Source: Trichinella spiralis
Taxonomy: Eukaryota
Direction of reading: 5' to 3'
Length of the DNA: 64,000 bases
NCBI RefSeq assembly: GCF_000181795.1
Contig: NW_003526944.1
Location: 4,316,936-4,380,935 of the forward strand
Shown: positions 39,035 to 51,501 of the stretch, piece after piece
How positions within the stretch are numbered: the stretch's first letter is position 1
How the letters are laid out: every line of letters begins with the position of its first letter
Notes under the pieces: generated by a model
What the model was told of the DNA's origin: nothing
Databases searched by the model: none
What the model saw: only the letters and a program-made list of their open reading frames with translations
Program-made: the position numbers and the translations under genes

Positions 39035-42000
39035 ATGTTACCGTTATCCATGCTCATCTTGACCATACTGATACAACTGTCGCTTGTCGGCAAAATGCAC
39101 GCAAGTAAGAGAAACAATCTTTTTTTTCTTCCATTTTTTTCTCATTTTATGACAAATAATAATTTCTTAATTTCACTACATATGTGTTATCGCTTAATAA
39201 TTAAATCAAATCAAATCAAATCAAATCAAATTAACCTCAACCTTGCATAGTATCCACAAATATATCTATAACGAGATTATTCAAATTTCATATGGATTCT
39301 CATTTTGCCATTTTTCTCTTCTAATATCGAATGAAAACAATGCAAATGCAATTAATAGCTGACCAGTCGAAAAAATACAATGCCAACTTTTTAAAGGATT
39401 TTTTTTCTTAAACAGAAGCAAAATTCAATGGTCAAATTTGCCATTAAGCATCAATTAATTCATCAGGCAAAACACTCTGAAGGTGGTAAGAAAAGTGATG
39501 ATATAAAGGAAAATAATAATGGATTAATCTTTAACCTCAAGCAAACAAACAAACAAACACTTCACTTTCTTTTGAATCACGATCTTTCAACAAACAAAAG
39601 CTATTTTATTCCCCTACTCCAAAATTGAGTCACGCAATACTGCACAGAAGCGAAATGCAAAAAAGCTCACTAATCCTTGTTTTGTTTGTTTGTTTGTTGT
39701 TAATTTGCATATTATATGCATGTTTTATATTTCAAAGATTTTGATAAATATTCTCGGATGAAACGGACCGTCAAAATGAGATCATCTGCACGAGCAGAGC
39801 ACAAGTTGATGCGTTGTCGTTTCCTGCCGACAATAACAAGCCGCAATTCAGTTTGACAATTGAACGCTGACGTTTGTTGTCTAGTAAATTTTCATTGCAT
39901 TGCCTCGTCTGAATTTATTAACTATGTAAAACAATATACATTAATTGTTCATCGTTCATCCAATGTTGAAAATATAGATAATGCTAATTCACCATCACTA
40001 TCCGCATCAGCAACATCATCATCATCATCATGATAATATCAAAAACAATGAAAGCTGAACATATCTCTCTTTACATCGAGTAACATTTTAAATTAAAATT
40101 GTTAAATTGTCAACACTCTTCCTTATTGCATTTTGAAACAATTGTAGATTGTTCAGTGGAATCATATGTTTCAGCAAATCCCAAGTCATTATTTCATCAA
40201 ATGCTTTTTCAACACACTGATCAACAGAAAAATAAAAAAAATTTAAACAAGAAATTGCATGGAATTTCACTTTCATCTTACATTAATTAATTTTTTAATT
40301 TATTTTAAGAAGAAATCAACTTCCGTTCCTTATGCACGCATACTTATAATATATATACTTGTAGAGATATGAGTGTATTGTGTATATAAAAAACAAATGC
40401 AACAATATATGATCAATAATTACAAGAAATTATCATACTATTCATAACTTTGAATGCCTTCATTAGAAAATACCGCTGCTGCTAAAAATTGATGACGAAC
40501 ATAAACTATTGATCTAATAATTCATGCTTGATTAATATATTATTGAAATAAAAGAACAAATTAATCATTGATAATTTCTTTCATCTCTCTCCATAAAAGA
40601 TAGATATATTCATTTTTTTAAGTTAAACTATTCGGTGATGTAAAAATCAGACCGATGAGCCGTGACATAACAAGCGAAGCATACGTTTCAAATTCCAATA
40701 GTCGTTATGGATTACGTCGTGGTCAAGGGTCTGAGTTCCGCCAAATGTCGCGACAAACATTCGCTCAGTGCTACAGCTGTGCCAGCTATGAGCTGAGGGC
40801 TTACTGGTACCATTTGCAAGCTTGGTACAATACCCCGAAAAATTTCACCGACCGCTGTGTGACAATGAACCGCCGAGATTGTCAGCACATCGCACTAGAA
40901 TCTTGCCCCAGTCAATGCATCACGTTGAGACAACAAAAAACAATTGCCGGTAAGAAATTTACAACGTACAATTCATAATTAAACATTTAAACATTCATTT
41001 AAAACATAATTAATAATTCAATAATTGCATATTTTATTAATTCATGAATAGAACTGTTTTGAACTTTTAAAATCATCCAAAATGTACACTTTCGCAATTT
41101 CATCAATAATAATCGTACGCGACGAATTTCACTATTATACTAGTAAGTGAAATTTTAAGCGGCATAATTAATTGCAAATAAAATTGAAAAATGAACTCTC
41201 ATTAAATCAATATTAAATTTCTCATAACAAAATCATTGAAAAAGATAAAAACAAGAAAGTACAGATAGCCAGCTATTTGCAGATATGTACGCACATTTCA
41301 AAATGCACTGTTGAGCATAGTTTCACAAGTTCCTATTCTGATAAAATCGATGCGCAATGTGAATGTTTCAGATATTCCCTTTAATTTCAATTCATAAAAA
41401 CAATGTCGTTTTATCATAAACAAAATCGAACATAAATTTTTTCAACAAAACTGACGTCACATTCCCAATGGTTTAAAGATTTTGATAAAAAGAACATTTT
41501 ATGATACTTATCCAGGGTTATCGGAAAGGAAAGTAAAAAATTTTACTACCTATCGAAGTGCATGCAAGTTCCGTTTGTTTTAATTTCAGGCTAAGTAATA
41601 TAAATGGCTACTACTGATACAATAATTTAATAATCTTCTCGTTTCATTACATTTCTGTTACTTTTCAAAAGTTTTGCACAAAATTAATCAATCAATCTAC
41701 TAATTTCATATTTCTGTCACAGTTGTTGTTTGCATCAACTTAGAAACGGATTATTTTGTAATTTAATTATTCATACATCTGAAAAATAATTTATATACAT
41801 TTCATTAAAAATTAATAAACTGTATTCTATTCTAATCACACACACACGTTGGATAATGAATTACATTTACCACCTGAAAATTATTTTCACGCCAATTTAT
41901 AAATTTCCTCCTGATAAAAACAATAATTCAACGGTTCCTCTTTCCCAAAGAAATAAAATCGAAACTTCGCTTAAAGCATCTTTACATTCAAGTCACGCCA

Positions 42001-42656
42001 ATTTGCTTTAAAATGCCAAGCTACGTATTCTTAGAATTTGCATCGCACACGCGTATAATACTACATTTCTTTTGCAAATCTATTCAAAGCTTTTCTTTTC
42101 ATTCTGTCTTTTTTCGTTAATAAATAAAATTTCATTCAACATCCGCTAAAAACTACGCTCCATAAACTATACTCATATTGTTAAAAGAAAACATGACTAT
42201 GAATAAAATGCAAATGAAATGCATGCAATGATTATGCAATTCAATAAATATGTACGATTCAAGAATAAAAATTCGTACTGAATTCTGTACACGGAATAAT
42301 TGAACTTCTACATTAATTATTTACATCATTCAGGTCATACGGTGGGATATCACGTAATTCGCGGTTGCCTGACGTCATTGTTTCGTTGGAACATCTTGGA
42401 TACATCGCAAATTTCTGCCTCATTGATGAAGCCCCGTGATTTCTGTTACAACCTACGACTTAGTCAAATTCTTCCCAGTTATGGTTCAGGAGTGAAAGGA
42501 GAATCTGATCAACTTGTCCGCCTGTGCGTTTGTCACGGTGATCGATGTAACAGTACCAGCAAATTGATCAACTCACATTTTATAATTTTCTGCCTGCTAA
42601 CAACACTGGCAATAGTCAACCACAATATACACCATCACTATGTACACTTGCTCTGA
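39035..42656 (+). CDS. ODR-2/HOT-family Ly6/uPAR-like secreted, probably GPI-anchored protein; exons 39035-39104, 40623-40949, 42334-42656
   Basis: Phase-compatible GT-AG junctions give a signal peptide (MLPLSMLILTILIQLSLVGKMHA), CYSCAS…W…Y..PKNFTDRC, IRGC, a terminal CVCHGDRCN and a hydrophobic tail. Confidence 0.85.
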
Positions 42657-42758
42657 TTTGTCACTTCATTTTGTGAAAATAAATTCATGTATTACTCAAT
42701 CATTATTATGTAGAAATGAAAAAAAATAATAAATCTCTTTCTCTTAGTTTAATTTCAA

Positions 42759-44942
42759 TTAAACTTTGCTTTTTCTCTCATGCTTTTGGGCATCTTTCAA
42801 AAGAGCGTTGTAAAATTCAGTCACTCGTTTCCGTTGCTTCTCGTCCTTCACATCGGCAGCAAGATGTATCGCTTTCTTAGCTATTTTTTGTGCTTCTTCG
42901 TGTTCACCACAATGCCAAAGTGCTTCTGCATAGTTGCAATAGAAGCTGGGAAGCAGATCTGCTATATCTGGACAATATACAGCCCGTCCGACCAACTCAC
43001 CGTAATATTTGCGAGCCAGTTGGAATTGGGCGCGGTTCAACAAAAGCACCGCATAATTGTTCAACATGATCACAACATGCGCACTCACTGGACTGAATAT
43101 ATCACGGGCAAATTCCAAAGCGCGATTGAAGTATTCCACACTTTCATCCACGCGATCTTTCGACAACAAGTAACGGCTGTACGTTTCCAATACCATTCCG
43201 TACAAAGCATACGGATCTGAATATTCTTCCCCTTCCGCTAAGTTTTCTGACCTAAACATCAACTCATACAAAATTCATTTCAACCTACGCTCATTGTCAC
43301 CTAAGCACTACTTCATTACATAGCCCGGTGATATAAATTTCAAATCATTATTATTTTCAAATTCAGATTCTTTTAACAAGATGATTTCACGCTACAATAA
43401 ACATCAACAACAGTTCCAATTCATTCAATAAATTTTTTTTCCTTCCTTCCCAAATATTCACTTAAATCACATTACAAATATCGAATATAGATTCATTCAT
43501 AAATTCAGGCCTGAATTATAAAATTCATAAAAATAATATTACCATCCAACGTACCTACTTTTTCTTTACTGTACTTAGAGCTTTTTCGGAAAATTGCAAA
43601 ATCTTAAACACACACACACACACACACACACATATGTATATAGCAACTTTTAATTAGGCCAGATTATTTATTTATTTTTCGAGTTAACTTGTAATTACTT
43701 TAAAATTATTGCAGATTAAATATTCACTCTCAGATGTACGTTATTGAGCATTTTGTTGATGATGGTCAATATTTAATGTAATCAATTGTATATCAAAAAG
43801 TAATAAGATATTCAAATATTTAGGAATAGTTGCCTTTCACATATGAACAAAAATGAATGCCTAAATACTGTTCAACTTGAATAATATTTTGTTCATGTAA
43901 ATGCCTTGAAATTTGCATCTACTTTGAATTTCATATGTAAACAAGATAAATTTATATAAAAATTCTAAATCACCCTTCAAAATAATTAATTCGCCTATAG
44001 TCGTGTAATATTCATGAAGAAATTTGCATAGCACAAACTACTTATCAAATAACCTATGTAGTAATGCCGATGTTTGCTCACATCTAACCTATATTCGTAC
44101 TTAATTATAAACTGCGTTTCTATTGCCAAAAAACGTTTCTGTTGAATAATGTGAACAACTTTCAAAATATAATATCCAATAAGCAAATATACTTACCTAA
44201 TAACTTTTTGTGTACGCAACCACTTTCGGTTGAACCGCTTTTCATGATCATCGACTACTTCTTTTTGAGTTTTCAAACAAAATTCAAAACCAGACTCTGC
44301 CATTTCATCATTTCCCATCATAGCGTACAAGTCGGCCATCTTTAACGAAATTTCAATTATAGATGCATCATCTTTTGGCACCTTTTGCGACAACAAACGA
44401 TTCATTAAATTATGAAATAATGCCAGTGCTTTTTCTGAAACATTCATCTCGTAGTAGATATTTGCCAAAAGATCGTAAATGTAATTTATAGCTCTGTCGT
44501 CGTTTGCTTCTTCAGCAATTTTCAAAGCATTGTGCAAAATATCGATGGCATCTTCGAATAACTTCTTTCTTAAGCAACCAATTGCTTCTTTCACTAAGTT
44601 TGTAATCTGAACACGTTTATCGTCATCTTCAACGGAATGGAACCATGATTTAAATGTTCCTACCACACCCATCAAGTAAAGTGATCTATTGCGCTTTGTC
44701 CTGTAAATACATTAATTGTATGAAGTTCAGATAACTTTTCCCTGCTTGTCATGTTAATCATTAAATCGCATTACATTAGTCAACAACAATATTATATTAA
44801 AAAAATAAACTGTTACCATTCAATGAAATGAAATCGAAAATTTCCAGCACATTGAATTCGAATGAGCATGCATAATGAATTAGGGATTTTCCAGTCATGA
44901 GAAAAACGGAAAATATTTGCACCAAAACGTAAGGCTGCATGC
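42759..44942 (-). CDS. ttc19: TPR protein, TTC19/DDL-3-like (mitochondrial complex III quality control); exons 44942-44817, 44700-44197, 43251-42759; start exon not located
   Basis: TPR helices (AIDILHNALKIAEE…IYDLLANIY; IIEISLKMADLYAMMG…AESGFEFC) typical of TTC19. Phase-2 junctions are consistent, and the Arg/aromatic-rich N-terminal exon resembles a presequence. Confidence 0.8.
43607..43632 (+). repeat. (AC)n microsatellite in the TTC19-like intron; other simple repeats are (CAAAT)n ~39203-39230, (TTTG)n ~61531-61580 and a C-run at 31744-31755
   Basis: Visible directly in the sequence. Confidence 0.9.
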
Positions 44943-47362
44943 CTAAAATTTACAAAAAACATCATTGTACATGGTGATACAAAATTTTGCTTAATTATGT
45001 AATGCAGGCATTAATTTTTTTGACAATATAGTAATTAATAAATCTTTGTGGTTTTTTAATTTGTTGTAAATAAATATTTTATTACAAAGAAATTATATGC
45101 ATTATAATTGAAAAAATATGCTAAAAATTTTATTTGCATACCTATGATTCAGAAAAGGATACTGTGAAACAACGATTAAAGTAAATTAAACTTACGCTAT
45201 TATTAGATGTTTGTTTTTAGGTATTGCTCATTATATTGTTCTAGTTAGATTCTATTTTGATTATGCAATATGGGGTTTGTTTTTGAGTTTTAAAATATTT
45301 TTTAGTTTTTCTCAAGTTTTCTGATAACTATTGGTGAATGCATTGATTTTACAGAAGCAAATTGTTTTATCTAGTATTTACAATATATTACAATTTCAGC
45401 AAGTTCAAGTTTATTTATGAGATTCCAGATAATCAATACAAATTCTTTTTATTACTGCATATCCTAATACAGCATCAACATTGATTGATAGGCAGCTATC
45501 TAGTATCAATAAAATGTTTTAATCTTCATGATCATACGTTGGAAATTCCAATACCCGTACGTATTCTGGTACAAAATATTCAAATGCAGAGTAAATAAAA
45601 TCTGAAGAAAATGGATCACAGACTGAATTTATATTTTATTTGTAATTAGCTTTTCTAGACATTTGTTCTGTGATAGTTACCTTTGAAAATTTATTCCCAC
45701 GTCATAATAGCTGTTCAGTGACAGGTTTGAAATTTTCAACTCTACTATTTTGAATGTTGCATTTCACATTTTTATTTATTACAGTTAAAATGTACTAAAT
45801 TTCAAATTTAAATAAAATTTAACAATTATGATCACCAATAACAGAATAAGGCTGTTTTTGATTTGAAATTGAAAGTTTTTAAAATATGCCTTCATAACTT
45901 AGCAAAGCCGACATTTTGACCGACAAGCTATCATTCATATGCATAAAAAAATAACTGATTTCCGCTATAGTAAGCTACACTACTAGGTAACAGATCTATG
46001 TTCTGTTGCAATTCATTTTGTAATTTTCCTTTTCTGAAATGGCTAATTTTCATATGTTTCTTAACCATCGTGTGTTCTTATTGTGCAAAATAAAATATTA
46101 TCATTACATATTTACATTTAAGAATAGTATTTTGTGAAAGCCTAAAAGCATAGTACTGTTAAAATTGAGTAATAAGTATCATCTTAAGCATGAAGCAATA
46201 CAAATTGTCAATGTAAATTCATGAGCAAGTGTTGCACTGTGATAAATGAACATTAAAATTTGTTGAAAAACATAACTGATTTTTTGATTATTGAAAAGTT
46301 GTACTACTACAGAAATTGTAAACAAATAAAGAGAAACACTTCAGAGTACAGAATTCAAATGATGATGCTTAAAAATTAAAAACATGAATGCTATTTGCCA
46401 TTTCATATTAACAAGCGATTGTACTTTGAAAATCAAAGAAAACTATAATAATAAATAACTTGAATCTACGAAATTTAATGTAGCACCAAAATTCTAAGCT
46501 TCAAAAAAACCTTAATGAAAGTTTGATTGAGTTCGATTTGAAAGATTGACCTTAATAAACTACGATATTAATTATAAGTTGAACATTATTTTAAAAATTA
46601 GAAGATTTATTAAAATGAATACTATGAAAGTGAACATTTTATAAGTTATCAAAAGTGCATCCATACAGTTAATTTTAGCACTGTTAGTAGAGTGCAGTTC
46701 ATCGACATAAACAATAACATAATGCGATAAGTGTTACAGAAGATTGAAAGTAAGGCAACAGCCGTTGCCATATTGGCCAATCATAGAGTGACGCTTCTCA
46801 GCTTGTTAAGGTCCGTTAATACATTAATAAAACAAAAAATAAAAAAACTTATTATGTTAATATGCTTTAAAATAAAATTCTATTATCAATGATGAAATTC
46901 TTTTAATGAACATTTATAATGATAACAATCAAAAGACAGTAACAATGAACAATACTTGAATATTCTTTACTGTTGCACTGATTGCCAGACTAAAACTGTC
47001 ATTGGAAAGGAAATAGCATCCATCTCAAAAGCATTGCTATTAGGGATTTGCTGGTAAGAATAGAGTTGATAAAATATTTTTAAACTAATCTAATGTTATT
47101 ATGAGAAGATTTTTTCAATTTAATTTGCTGAACTTGCTTTCGATATGAAGTTATTTTTTTAAGCAAATATTTGAAAATGCTAGTTTGAAAAAAATTTTGT
47201 TTGCATTTCTAAAAGTACTAATTATTTGCACAATTATTGTTTATAATTGAATCTGTTAAAATTTTTTAATTTTTAATTGCGGTAGATTGCTTAGTAAATT
47301 TTTCAGTTGACCTTATATAGTGATTCAAAAATAGCTGTTGCTGTTGGTAAGTTTTAGGGGAA

Positions 47363-50107
47363 ATGGGTTTGCATTTGAATACACCGGCTTCTGCCATGTA
47401 CCGATACGCACGTATGACTGGACGATTGACAAGATGTTTTTCCATATTCCAATTGGAACACCTCAGTTATAAATGTGAGAAGCATGTTTCTACCAAGTAA
47501 GTTGCTTAGTTAAGCCATTTTTTGCAATAAGCATTATGTTAATTTTTATTTATACGGCATCCATGAATGCTTATATTATTTATAAAATGAAATGACTTTT
47601 GCTATTTGGCAATCTAAATTGGTTATGGAAATATTTTTAGCAATTGTTGAACAGCATATGACCAAAGTTAAATGTGAATGATTTTTGCAAATGCATTATG
47701 CGTGGCAATCAATTTTCAGCAAACTAACCTATAAATTGAAAAGTATTTTTCCCAACTAGTTTGACAAATGTTTATCATAAGATAATGATGAATTACTTTT
47801 TAAAAATAAATAAATATATATATTGCATTTAATACATGCAAAATAAATGAGCATTTTAAATTGCATTGAAACATTTATTTTATAATTTTTACATTTAATA
47901 TTTGCATATTATATAGTATATTTATTATTTAAAAAATTTGAAAATAATATTATAATAACGACTCAGTGTATGTAAGTAATATTTGATTATTTGTTTGTTT
48001 AGATGGACAAATATAAGGCTGCTTAACTTCTCAAGTATTTTGCCCTGTTCGCAGATGACCAGCTACCGTTTTTATTGTAAAAAAAGTGATTTCAGTAATC
48101 GACAGTTTACGTGCTGTATGGAAATATTTAGGCTCTTTACCATCGCATACAAAAGTGCACATGCCGGCTCTGAGTCCAACTATGGAAAAAGGCAATGTGG
48201 TAAGTTGGAAGAAGAAAGAAGGTGAAGAGGTGGCAGAAGGGGATCTTTTGTGCGAAATTGAGACCGACAAAGCGACAATGGGATTCGAATCGGGCGAAGA
48301 GGGATATTTGGCAAAAATTGTCATTCCCGAAGGTTCGAAAGATGTTCCAGTTGGAAATGTGAGCTTGTCTTGGATTGCAATTTTTTCTAAACGCGCAGTT
48401 GTTTGGTTTGTTAATTTCTAATTTTTCAGCTCTTATGCGTCATTGTGGAGAACGCTGATGACGTGGCAGCATTTAGCAAACTGAGTGCTGAGGAGTTGGG
48501 TGCTCAGCCGGTTGGCCAAGCACCAGCCCCTGCCGCTGCAGCTCCGGCCGCCCCAGCCGCTGCAACGGCTGCCGCGGCACCACCACCACCGCCAGTGACC
48601 GCTGCAGCCGCTCCTGCTGCTGCACCGAAGCCTCCGGTTCAAGCTCCACCAGGGGGTCGAGTGTTTGCTTCACCATTGGCGAAAAAAATGGCTGGTGAAC
48701 AGAAAATTGATTTACAAGTTCGTTGCATTTCAATTCAGTATATCCAAGGATTTTCCCGCTTTCTGTACAACTTTTGCTTTTCTTGTTAGTCAATGAAAGG
48801 CACCGGACCCGAAGGACGTATCCTGGCTGGCGATTTGAGTCAGCCTGCTGCGGCCGGTGCCCGCATGCAAATGGTTCTACCTGCCGGAGGAAAATTTACC
48901 GACATCGAACTGTCCAACATGAGAAAGGTTTGCAAAATTGTTGTTTGTCATCGCTGTTGAAATGTGAATAATTTCTTTTTGTCACCTTTTCTACAGACCA
49001 TAGCGAGACGTTTGCTTGAATCCAAAACATCAATTCCACATTACTATTTAACGGTGGAAATATTTGTTGACAAAATTCTACAGTATACTGTTCAAATTGA
49101 ACATTACTGTTGAATATTGTTTGTAATAATTTTCTTTTTTCCACTTAGACTACGCAGTAAATTGAACGAGGAATTGAAGAAGGAAAATCGCAAAATTTCC
49201 GTAAACGATTTCATCGTCAAAGCATCCGCTCTTGCTTGCAAGAAGGTGCCAGAAGTGAACAGCTTTTGGATGGAAACATTCATTCGACGGAACGAATTTG
49301 TCGACGTTAGCGTGGCAGTCAGTACCGATACGGGTCTGATAACACCGATAGTTTTCAATGCTGATTCAAAGGTTTACAATTGATTTCATTTTTATATTTA
49401 CAGCATATTTTTAATTTCATTACAATTCTTCATCATTATGTTATATTTTGTTTTTATTTTGTCTAGGGTATTTTGGAAATTAGTGAAGAAATTATTGCAC
49501 TTTCAACTCGTGCTAGAGCAGGACAGTTGAAACCGGAAGAGTTCCAAGTATGCTGTTGGATTTATTTTCATTTGTTCAAAAAATGACTTATATCCAATTT
49601 TCAGGGTGGCACATTTACAGTCTCCAATTTGGGTATGTTCGGTGTGAATCATTTTACGGCTATAATCAATCCGCCACAGTCTGCCATTCTTGCTGTTGGC
49701 ACCGTACAAAAGCGAGTCGTGTTCGACGAAGACAAAAGGTAAAATTCATCCCATTACTAACTAATCTATCTTTTCCTGTTGCGAAATAACTTTGAAATTT
49801 TTTTTGGCAAAGGCAGAATTTTTAAGTTCATCATTTAGATGTTCATGTTTATGAACGGATTTTTAAAGATAAATTTTTTTAGTTAATTCTGTGAAAACTG
49901 TATTACTTGTTGATTTTCAAGTTTTAAAATGTACGGTATATGGATTCGAAAGGTAACGTGGTATTTGTTTGTTTCAGATGTGCAGAAGCAAATGTTCTGA
50001 CAGTGACATTGAGCTGTGATCATCGTATTATCGACGGTGCTGTGGGCGCTAAGTGGCTGCAACAATTGAAACGCTATTTAGAGAAGCCATACACAATGCT
50101 GCTGTAG
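47363..50107 (+). CDS. dlat: Dihydrolipoamide S-acetyltransferase (PDH E2), single lipoyl domain; exons ~47363-47496, 48003-48076, 48132-48358, 48430-48717, 48790-48927, 48997-49082, 49149-49371, 49467-49547, 49605-49738, 49978-50107
   Basis: [11 protein letters not shown]…EIETDKATM lipoyl motif, Ala/Pro linker, ASPLAKK…GTGPEGRI binding domain, [13 protein letters not shown] and catalytic CDHRIIDGA. The two 5' exons are less certain. Confidence 0.96.
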
Positions 50108-50426
50108 TGCCGATTGGTCTGGAAATATATATTCAGTTCATTTAATGCTGTCGTGTTGCTGGAATATTACAATACTTCCGGTTTGTGATTGTGCATCAGC
50201 TTCCTCTAGATGTAGCTGCATTTCTTCTTCTTTGTTCCTCATGACGACACTTGATATCACGACAGTTTCATAGTCAGTTCAACAAAAAGCATACGTAGTA
50301 AAACAAAAAGGTTGATTTATTATATTTTATTAAATGATGTGAAAAAGATGGGTATAAAAAATTGTAGAATAATAAAAGAAACTACTGTAAATTTAAACAT
50401 GTAAAATGAAATCAAAAGTCAATAAT

Positions 50427-51501
50427 TTAAATACGGCGGTGAACTCCTATGACCGCTCTGCAGTTTGGGCAGCGATGTTCGACGTCCATTAATGAAGGAA
50501 TGCAGAACGGTATCAAGCAACAACCGAACCAGAATCTGAAAATTCGCACCTGGCGAAATATGTATTAAAGAAAAATCCCGTTTCTTACCCAAAAATCAGA
50601 CAAGTGACACAGAGTATCCACGCCAGCGATCCTGCAACCAATTTTGTTTCAGTGGTAACTACAGCATGACAGCTAACGCACTGAACAGTCACTGGTTCCG
50701 CTCCCAGTGGTGCAGTCACTGCAATAACTGTAGGAATCGTATGCACTGGGGGCGGTCCTAGATCAGTTGCATCAGTCAAATTATATACATTTTGCTCGGA
50801 TAACACTGAGCTATATGATGTATGTCACTTTTCTATTCTATCATTCATAAATAAAAATTTAACGATTCAATTCATAATACAAATTCAACAAACATTACGG
50901 CCAGTGAATTATAAAAATCTCGCATCATCAAATGAAGTTTACATTACATGAATCATTGAAAAAGTTCAAGCATATTGAAAGATCAATGACTAAATTGTAA
51001 ACCAGTATACATTTTCTGATGTTAAAACATGTTTACACTAAGTGAATAACAGAAGTCGATGAGTCATTCTCAGTTACTATGTGAATACGCAGATATTTGT
51101 AAATAGATTTGTCAGTATTTGGTTGTTATATAAAATAAAAACAGTTAACGTACAATATTAATTTTGATTAATAATAACAATAATAGTGAAGAAATTTTAA
51201 TGAAAAGTGGTTAAAGTAAAACTGACGAAAACATGTTGATCATTACAAGTTCAACATTTTAAGAACAAACAAAACCTCAAACTACAATAAGCTATATAAT
51301 AATTTAAAATGCCATTATTATATTATTTAATTTTTTTAATTATATTGTATAGTAGAAAGATATAAGGAATAATGAATCCTGCAATTCGAGTGAAAGATTT
51401 AAAGTTATTTCATAGCATAATTTTTGCTTATTCATACCAACAGGATCCGGACTGTAAGCTGGTGGCGGACAATCAGGAATTGGAGCTTTATTGCCACTCA
51501 T
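50427..51501 (-). CDS. LITAF/SIMPLE-domain protein; exons 51501-51438, 50757-50589, 50535-50427
   Basis: N-terminal PPPAY (PPxY), then CVSC, a hydrophobic stretch, GCCLIPFC and DVEHRCPNC. Junction phases are compatible. Confidence 0.92.

Noticed and set aside
43540..43580. Possible extra mini-exon in the TTC19-like intron
   Set aside because: Direct splicing 44197 to 43251 is in frame; the alternative needs an implausibly short (~32-nt) intron.
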